The notes beneath the pieces were generated by a model, which was given only the letters and a program-made list of their open reading frames with translations, was not told the origin of the DNA and searched no databases. The position numbers and the translations under genes are program-made. A stretch of DNA of 64,000 bases from a candidate division WOR-3 bacterium (GTDB lineage Bacteria > Hydrothermota > Tepidihabitantia > B3-TA06). This document shows, piece by piece, positions 57,083-64,000 of the stretch. Positions within the stretch are counted from its first letter, which is position 1, and each line of letters starts with the position of its first letter. Location of the stretch: positions 32,001 to 96,000 of the forward strand of contig CBFGKC010000009.1 of assembly GCA_965649265.1 (NCBI GenBank), given 5' to 3'.

Positions 57083-57110
57083 TTGACAAATCCGACCCGG
57101 ACGATATAAT
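57083..57110 (+). promoter_or_regulatory. Consensus sigma70-like promoter
   Basis: TTGACA-16 nt-TATAAT; a second promoter TTGACA-16-TATACT at 57256..57283. Confidence 0.75.
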
Positions 57111-57386
57111 TACTCATCTTGATTTTCATACTTAATGGAGGAGATTTTAATTTTCCGAGGGCGTAACCGATGGTAAATGTGAAAACGCGTGTTTCAAGTC
57201 GTGCGTGTAAGTTGATGACTTGCAAGGAGATAACGCGCGCAACGCATTTACCCTCTTGACAAGCCGGGCTCTTTGTTTATACTTATCCTTAAATAGGAAT
57301 CAATCTTATTAACCCGGGACTACAGGAGATCCCTAGGTGGGCATAGGAACTATCAATTGCAACTTGAAGTTTGCAAGGAGTAAACC

Positions 57387-59051
57387 ATGAGAGGGATTAT
57401 ATCTCTTTTACTAGCTTGCGGGGTTAGCGTTGCTTATGCGGCAAGGATTAATGTCATTTGGAACCAGACCGACGATGTCGCATCTAATGACAGGCCTTAC
57501 GGAATAGCCTTGGACAGTACGAAGGAAAAATGCATATACGTTGCAGGCAAGGCTGATTCAGGCTCAACAAGTTCCCAGACATTGAAATACAGTGACAACG
57601 GCATATTACAGTGGAATAAACCCTTTACAGCCAGCCCAACCGTGGCTTGCGACGTGGCCGCATTGCAGGATTTCATTTACGTTGTCGGCTATCGTTTTAA
57701 TGGAATCAATAATGACTTGCTTGTGGTTAAATACGATGCTAACGGTGATACAGTATGGATGAGGACTTACGATTCAGGAATTGAAGATCAGGCTTCAGGC
57801 GTTGCCGTTGACGGAATAAGCCTTTACGTAACCGGCTCTTCCTCTACGTTGTTAAATTCCAAATTCGTAACCATAAAATTCGACCAAGACGGCGATACGG
57901 TCTGGACAAAAACATACGACGTATCAGGTTACGATGAGGCTACGAGCATAACCCTGGACGAGGATTTCGTCTATGTTGCCGGATACACGAAGAACACTAC
58001 AAACGATGATTTCAGGGTAATCAAGTACAATAAGTCGGGAAGCCTCCAGTGGAACAGGACTTACAACAGTGGAAAAACCGACAGGGCAAATGGCGTAGCG
58101 GTAGACAGCAAGGGCAACGTTTACGTCACAGGCAGATGCGAACAAGCCCTTAACGGGGATTTCTTTACTATAAAATGCGACCCGAACGGCGATTCTTTAT
58201 GGGCCAAGGTATACAACGGCGGGCAAGATGACGGAGCAAATGGAATAGCAATCAACAGGGATAGAATATACGTAACCGGCTACACCCACATAGGAACGAA
58301 TAACGATTTCCTTACCATAAGATACGCCACCAATGGAGATACCGTATGGACTTACCGCTACAACAGCGGTGACAACGACATAGCATACGATATCGTAACC
58401 GGTTCGGATATGTTGTACCTGACCGGGGTTCACGATTACGGTACAAACTCCGATTTCAGAACCATGAAGCTGCAGGAAAGCGAAATATCCTTAACTTCTC
58501 CGAACGGCTCCGAGACATGGCCCATAGGCTCCGTACACGAGATTACATGGAACAGCATAGGGGCCACAGACAGTATTCTGCTTGAATTTAGAAATGAATC
58601 TACTACTAATCTGGATACTATTGCCGTCGCACCCAACACAGGCTCATACTCCTGGTCTGTCCCGAACAAACCAGGGGTATTAACCAAGGTGTTCATTTCA
58701 GACGCCAGCGACTACACAGGAATCAGAGACTCGAGCGATAATTACTTCTCTATTGCTTCAACCGGAATAGAAGAAGAAGCACTTCCTATCATTTACATCG
58801 GAATCGAAAATCCTATTAACCCTGTCATCCGTTACCTGATACCCGACGACGTGCACAACCCGAGTCTGAAGATATACTCCTCTGACGGCCGTATGGTCAA
58901 TGATCTTTCATCAAGTATTCTTTCGAAAACAGGAACCATCACATGGAATGGCTTCGACTCCAGAGGCATCAGATTGCCGCGCGGTCTCTACTTCGTAAGG
59001 ATCAGCAGTTCCGCAAGTTGCTCTATCGTAAAGTACGTTTTGACATACTAG
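57387..59051 (+). CDS. Secreted SBBP beta-propeller protein with Ig-like and T9SS/FlgD-type C-terminal domains
   Basis: Repeated AxGVAVD..NVYVTG..DF.TIKYD.NGDTVW units; SPNGSETW; WNGFDSRG..GLYFVRI. Confidence 0.88.
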   Translation: MRGIISLLLACGVSVAYAARINVIWNQTDDVASNDRPYGIALDSTKEKCIYVAGKADSGSTSSQTLKYSDNGILQWNKPFTASPTVACDVAALQDFIYVVGYRFNGINNDLLVVKYDANGDTVWMRTYDSGIEDQASGVAVDGISLYVTGSSSTLLNSKFVTIKFDQDGDTVWTKTYDVSGYDEATSITLDEDFVYVAGYTKNTTNDDFRVIKYNKSGSLQWNRTYNSGKTDRANGVAVDSKGNVYVTGRCEQALNGDFFTIKCDPNGDSLWAKVYNGGQDDGANGIAINRDRIYVTGYTHIGTNNDFLTIRYATNGDTVWTYRYNSGDNDIAYDIVTGSDMLYLTGVHDYGTNSDFRTMKLQESEISLTSPNGSETWPIGSVHEITWNSIGATDSILLEFRNESTTNLDTIAVAPNTGSYSWSVPNKPGVLTKVFISDASDYTGIRDSSDNYFSIASTGIEEEALPIIYIGIENPINPVIRYLIPDDVHNPSLKIYSSDGRMVNDLSSSILSKTGTITWNGFDSRGIRLPRGLYFVRISSSASCSIVKYVLTY

Positions 59052-59092
59052 CAGGCTTGACATAGTTCAACCGCCGCGTATTCTTCAACAGC

Positions 59093-59704
59093 ATGGAGGA
59101 TACAGTATCACCGTGGAGTAGCATTAAAACACGCGGGCTGACTCTGATTCAATTCAAGCAATACCTTTTCAAAACGAAAGGAATTCTGAAGGCCGAGGAG
59201 GTTATTTCGCGCCTGCCTTTAGCGATCGCAGATTCCCTCTACAACGTTAAAAAGAGCGAGTGGTATCCTTTCGAATATCAACGACTGCTCAGAGAAGCGA
59301 TTGTTAAGGAAATTGATCCATCTGATCCTGATGGAGTTATCTTCCGCATGGGGTTGACCACTGCTTCATGGGATTTTTCCGGTTTCCTTAAACCACTCTT
59401 TTCCTTTATACCTCTTGAGACCCTGCTTAACAGAACCGCGTCACTCTGGAGCAAGTACTACGATAAAGGCGAGATGAGGGTTAGGGCCGCCCGGGAAACC
59501 TCTGCCGTCCTGGAACTTTCCTCTTTTCCCTCCGATCAGTACTTCTGCCCGGTTGTGACATCCTGGTTGAAAGTGGCACTCGAAGCTTTGAAAAAACCTA
59601 ATTCGAGTGTAACCCACGATACTTGCATCCACAAGGGCGATTCCCTGTGTCGTTTCGAACTGCGCTGGGATCAAATTACGAATATGAAGAGAAAAGCTGT
59701 GTAA
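59093..59704 (+). CDS. Hypothetical protein, DUF2378/V4R-like fold
   Basis: WYP, LWSKYYDKG, C-terminal CIHKGDSLCRFELRW. Confidence 0.65.
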   Translation: MEDTVSPWSSIKTRGLTLIQFKQYLFKTKGILKAEEVISRLPLAIADSLYNVKKSEWYPFEYQRLLREAIVKEIDPSDPDGVIFRMGLTTASWDFSGFLKPLFSFIPLETLLNRTASLWSKYYDKGEMRVRAARETSAVLELSSFPSDQYFCPVVTSWLKVALEALKKPNSSVTHDTCIHKGDSLCRFELRWDQITNMKRKAV

Positions 59705-59902
59705 AAAAATTCTGAAGGGGGGGCGGAGAACCAGCACGCAACCGGGAGATTTAACAGTAACCCACAGACCCGATCCGACCAAGAATGTGAAATAAAAAAA
59801 AGGCAAGCGCGTAAATATAACGTCAAGTTGACATTTTGAGCCTTAAAAGAGTAATAGTATCATCTTCTTGACTTTTCGTGAAATCTGTGTTTCATTAGGT
59901 TT

Positions 59903-61162
59903 ATGTTCCGTGAACGGATGTCATTTCTGTGGAGGGATATTTTCTGGTGGTGGATAAAGATATTCATCGGCCCTCCCTTCAGGCTTTTCTGGCGCACCAG
60001 AGCTCAGGGCAAGCGCTTTTTTCCCAAAAAAGGCCAGGCCGCTTTCATCCTGGCAAATCACACCAATACTGTAGATCCTTTCATGATAGCCGATTTCGTC
60101 CAGAGACCTATACGGTATGTAATATCAGATGAATACTTCAGGTATAAGCCCCTGAGAGTAATGCTCGGATGGCTCAAGGGAATACCCAAGACGAAGAATA
60201 TTCCGGACTCGGTAACCATGCGCGAACTCCTGAAGGCGGTCAAAGATGGTGAGCTGATCGGCGTATTCCCTGAGGGACAACGCAACTGGGACGGCGAGAC
60301 ATTTCCGCTCGAAGATACCATTCCAAGACTTGTTCAGAAGCTTAAGATACCCGTCATTTGCGTCAAGCAGCGCGGATCTTACATGTCGTGGCCGCGCTGG
60401 TCAAACCGTATCAGGAGGGGGAGGATCATTTTCGAGTTCAGCTATCTGTTCGAGAATCCGAATGATATTCCGGACGATCCAAAAGAGATAAAAAAGATGA
60501 TCGAGAACGAGCTTGCACACAGCGAGCTCGAGGATTCCTACGTTACCGGGCAGATTTTTTCGAACTCCAGGGTAGCCGAGCATCTGGAACTCAGATTGTG
60601 GATATGTCCGCACTGCCTGACTTTTTTCTCCCTTCACTCGGAAAGGAACCATTTTTACTGCAGCAAGTGCGGGGCAAAATGGCGTTTTTCAGGCGACGGT
60701 TCATTTAATCTTGAACGCGCTGGAAAGCCCCGGAATGAAAATGCGGTCAATTTCAATCGCTACATTGACTGGGCTCACTGGAACGATGAAATCACATTGC
60801 CGATTCTGGAGAAACGCAGGCACAACGGCAACAATCTGCTCCTAGAACAACCCGCCAAGATGTGGATGGCCGAAACCGATAACATAAGAAATAGGGATTT
60901 TGTTCTCGAAGGTGAAGGAACCGTCGCACTGACTAAAGATTCAAGAATTGTCTTTACACGTGCTGAAGACGATAAGGTTTTACTCGATAGCCCACTTTCG
61001 GAGATGAGGGGGGCCAATATCGCATGGAACCAGAAGTTCGAGTTCTTTCTGCCCGGAAAGGCTTTTCGGTTGACCTTCTTCGGGCAATCGGCGTACTTCT
61101 GGGATTTTATTACCCATAAATTGAATCCAAACAACGGAAACGGTAAAGGAGGAGTTGCATGA
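59903..61162 (+). CDS. PlsC-like lysophospholipid acyltransferase with Zn-ribbon extension
   Basis: NHTNTVD (HxxxxD), FPEGQR; CPHC..CSKC. Confidence 0.88.
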   Translation: MFRERMSFLWRDIFWWWIKIFIGPPFRLFWRTRAQGKRFFPKKGQAAFILANHTNTVDPFMIADFVQRPIRYVISDEYFRYKPLRVMLGWLKGIPKTKNIPDSVTMRELLKAVKDGELIGVFPEGQRNWDGETFPLEDTIPRLVQKLKIPVICVKQRGSYMSWPRWSNRIRRGRIIFEFSYLFENPNDIPDDPKEIKKMIENELAHSELEDSYVTGQIFSNSRVAEHLELRLWICPHCLTFFSLHSERNHFYCSKCGAKWRFSGDGSFNLERAGKPRNENAVNFNRYIDWAHWNDEITLPILEKRRHNGNNLLLEQPAKMWMAETDNIRNRDFVLEGEGTVALTKDSRIVFTRAEDDKVLLDSPLSEMRGANIAWNQKFEFFLPGKAFRLTFFGQSAYFWDFITHKLNPNNGNGKGGVA

Positions 61163-62589
61163 GTTATCCGTGGGACCTGGTGATGGACCTGGGTTACATC
61201 GCGATTCTTCTTATCATTGCGTGGCTCATACGCAAGGCACTGCCCTTTTTGAAAACGTTCCGTATACCGGATGCTATCGTCGCAGGCATCATAGGAGTGA
61301 TTCTGGGTCCGAGCATCCTTAAGGTTCTGCCGCTTCAGACCGATCGCATGGCCTCGATAGTATACCATTTCTCGACTATTGCCTTTACCGCGCTTGCACT
61401 GCGAAGAGAAGAGCAAAAGGGACGGACACGTACGGCGCTCTCAACAGGATTCTACAACGGTGTGTCCTACGCGATACAGGGAGGCCTGGGACTCTTAATA
61501 ACTCTCATACTGATCAAAACGATATATCCCGACCTCTTCCCTGCATTCGGGCTGTTCCTGCCGTTCTCCTTCGCTCAGGGTCCCCAGATGGCAGGCTCAA
61601 TGGGAACAGAGTGGGGTAATATTATTCTTCCGAACGGTAAGAAGGCCCTGGAATTCGGCACGTCGGTTGGATTCAGCTTTTCGACGATCGGTCTCTTCTG
61701 GGCATGTTTCGTAGGTGTGCCGCTCATGAACTGGCTCATACGCAGGCGTCTGAAAAAAGAAGGAAAAAAGCCCAAGGAGGAGTTGAAGGCAACCCCGGAG
61801 ACGGTCAAGGTCGAGGAGAAAGGAACCTCGAGTGATTTTTCGGTCGACAAGATGACCATCCAGGTGGCCATAATACTCGGGATTTACGTAGCCCTCTTCT
61901 TCATTCTGAAAGGGCTTTCATGGGTTCTGAACACGTATACACCAAAGGAACTGGCATCCACGGTGATACCCATCTTCTGGTCAATCCAGTTCGTGTTTGG
62001 AGCCCTGCTTGGAACTGCAATCGGAAAGATAATACACACACTTGAAGACAAGAAGATCTTCAAGGAAAGAATCATGGATGACCACCTGCTCCAGCACGTG
62101 GGCGGGCTTGCCATAGACTTCATGATCGCGGCTTCGATTGCCGCCATAGACATCAGAGTCTTTCAGGCCTATATCGTCCCAATTCTCTTGATTACGACCC
62201 TCGGCGGGCTTGCAACAATCGGATATACGTGGTTTCTGGTTAAGCTGGTTTGGCCGAAGACCTTCGTCGAGCATTTCGTCGCTTTCTTCGGAGACCAAAC
62301 GGGCACAATGGCATCGGGCATGGCATTGTTGAGAGGAGTGGACCCGGAGTTCAAGACATCGGCTACTTCGGACCTCGTCTACGGCTCGGCACTTGCGCTG
62401 CCTATCGCAGGGCCTCTGATATTCATCGCTGCCATACCGATATACGGATTAAAGTCAGGTCAGCCGCAGTACTACTGGTGGACGCTTCTCATCCTATTGG
62501 GATACCTTGCCGTCGTGCTTCTCTTGTGGTTAAACCCCTGGTCTTTCAGATTCCTGACCAAGCATTCACGAGAAAAAACGGATGGCTGA
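61159..62589 (+). CDS. Sodium:glutamate symporter (GltS/ESS) family transporter
   Basis: IPDAIVAG, FAQGP, G..TGT..SGMALLRGVDPEF; multiple TM helices. Confidence 0.85.
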   Translation: MSYPWDLVMDLGYIAILLIIAWLIRKALPFLKTFRIPDAIVAGIIGVILGPSILKVLPLQTDRMASIVYHFSTIAFTALALRREEQKGRTRTALSTGFYNGVSYAIQGGLGLLITLILIKTIYPDLFPAFGLFLPFSFAQGPQMAGSMGTEWGNIILPNGKKALEFGTSVGFSFSTIGLFWACFVGVPLMNWLIRRRLKKEGKKPKEELKATPETVKVEEKGTSSDFSVDKMTIQVAIILGIYVALFFILKGLSWVLNTYTPKELASTVIPIFWSIQFVFGALLGTAIGKIIHTLEDKKIFKERIMDDHLLQHVGGLAIDFMIAASIAAIDIRVFQAYIVPILLITTLGGLATIGYTWFLVKLVWPKTFVEHFVAFFGDQTGTMASGMALLRGVDPEFKTSATSDLVYGSALALPIAGPLIFIAAIPIYGLKSGQPQYYWWTLLILLGYLAVVLLLWLNPWSFRFLTKHSREKTDG

Positions 62590-62662
62590 GGCTTGTGATA
62601 CTATCAGTGGAATAAACAGGGTGGAGCCGTGAAAGTTGTTAATTTAAACCTGGAGGCATTTG

Positions 62663-64000
62663 ATGGGTGCACCTTTCCCATATGAGTTGATTCTCGATTT
62701 TTCCTACATCTCCGTGCTGCTTCTTATAGCAGTGGCGGTAAGAAGGTATGTTCCCTTTTTCACCAAATTTCGTATACCGGATGCTATTCTGGCCGGTCTC
62801 CTGGGAATAGTTGTAGGACCAAGTGTTCTGAAAATCATTCCATGGAACACCGACCGACTGGCCGCCATCGTATACCACCTTATGGCCATCGGATTCATTG
62901 CCCTCTCTCTGAAAAAACAGGTGATAAAGGACAAGGCAAAGACAGCTCTCTGGTCCGGCTTCTACACTATAGCCTCATACGGAATTCAGGGATTCCTCGG
63001 CCTGGCTATCACCATGATTCTGATTCTTACCCTCTATCCGAGCCTCTTTCCCAACTTCGGATTCCTCTTACCCCTGGGTTTCGCTCAGGGACCGGGACTT
63101 GCAGGAGGCATGGGCCATACATGGCAAACCCTCCCCCTCCCGAACACTCTCACGTTCGCTGATAAAACACTTCCCGCAGGTTCCGCGACATTCCCGAACG
63201 GAACATCGATAGGATTCAGTTTCTCTACTATAGGTTTTCTATGGGCTTGCTTTGTGGGAGTACCGCTTATGAATTTCCTCATGCGCAGACGAGCCAAAAA
63301 AGGCGAGCCCACAACCGGTCTTGAGGGAAAGCCTGCCGCGATGCTCGTAGAAAAGGAACGCGACTTTGAAGGAATGACCCGCTCGATAGATAAAGCGACA
63401 ACCCAGATAATGCTCGTGGGTGTCGTATATCTCGGCGTCTATTTCATGATCTATGGTCTTACCTCACTTCTCTCAAAGGTCTTTCCGGGCAATCTTGCAC
63501 AAAACCTGAATTCACTGCTCTGGGTGCTCGTATTCGCATTCGGTGCACTTGCAGGAAACCTGATCACGAAGCTCATAGACGTTCTTGAAAACAAGGGAAT
63601 CCTACTGAAGGACAAAACCCGAAGCAACTATATTCTCACCCATATTGGCGGAATAAGCGTGGATTTCATGATAGCGGCTTCAATCTCAGCCATTGATCTC
63701 AGGGTTTTTGCCGATTACGTTGTCCCTCTTCTTCTCGTAACCACTATAGGTGGAATCGCCACAATCGGCTATACCTGGTTCTTCGTGTCCAAGGTCTGGC
63801 CCAAGACTTTTGTCGAACATTTCCTCGCGTTCTTCGGCACCCAGACCGGAACCGTGGCCACAGGCATGGGACTCCTGCGCGGGGTCGACCCCGAATTCAG
63901 AACATCCGCCGCATCCGATCTCGTATACGGCTCCGGCATCGCCGTGATAATTGGTCTTCCCCTTCTCTTTATGCCGGCACTTCTTACAGAAGGATACCAG
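62663..64000 (+). CDS. GltS/ESS family transporter paralog, truncated by the window end
   Basis: GGAGG RBS; MGAPFPYELILDFSYI...IPDAILAG...GFAQGPG...GTQTGTVATGMGLLRGVDPEF. Confidence 0.85.
   Translation, partial: MGAPFPYELILDFSYISVLLLIAVAVRRYVPFFTKFRIPDAILAGLLGIVVGPSVLKIIPWNTDRLAAIVYHLMAIGFIALSLKKQVIKDKAKTALWSGFYTIASYGIQGFLGLAITMILILTLYPSLFPNFGFLLPLGFAQGPGLAGGMGHTWQTLPLPNTLTFADKTLPAGSATFPNGTSIGFSFSTIGFLWACFVGVPLMNFLMRRRAKKGEPTTGLEGKPAAMLVEKERDFEGMTRSIDKATTQIMLVGVVYLGVYFMIYGLTSLLSKVFPGNLAQNLNSLLWVLVFAFGALAGNLITKLIDVLENKGILLKDKTRSNYILTHIGGISVDFMIAASISAIDLRVFADYVVPLLLVTTIGGIATIGYTWFFVSKVWPKTFVEHFLAFFGTQTGTVATGMGLLRGVDPEFRTSAASDLVYGSGIAVIIGLPLLFMPALLTEGYQ

Overview
64 kb of chromosomal DNA from a bacterium of moderate GC content. 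Four proteins with type IX secretion (T9SS)-type C-terminal sorting domains, an rnf complex and anaerobic Fe-S enzymes suggest an anaerobic FCB-group lineage, possibly a WOR-3/TA06-like candidate phylum (inference). Contents: about 55 CDSs (rpmB, era, addAB-like pair, recO, panC, acpS, speB, corA, wbpBDE-like genes, adenylate cyclase, apbE-amrS-NusG II-Gx cluster, rnfEAB, several tandem paralog pairs), a tRNA-Arg(CCT), and a probable 6S RNA. No transposase, integrase, reverse transcriptase, prophage or CRISPR array was seen. The most notable observations are: (1) a modular family of G-rich dispersed repeats (GGGTGTTACGGG, CTGAGGRGGG and a roughly 110-bp cassette) that sits next to promoters and is translated in-frame inside several genes; (2) a 1431-aa fused protein with PlsA/PlsR/Ger-like architecture, a candidate for anaerobic ether-lipid or plasmalogen synthesis; (3) a duplicated non-coding element of helically phased 11-bp repeats ending in a perfect DnaA box; (4) many apparently leaderless genes, and sigma70-like promoters that mostly have 16-bp spacers; (5) an rnf operon lacking rnfCDG. 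All calls come from reading the sequence; no database searches were run.
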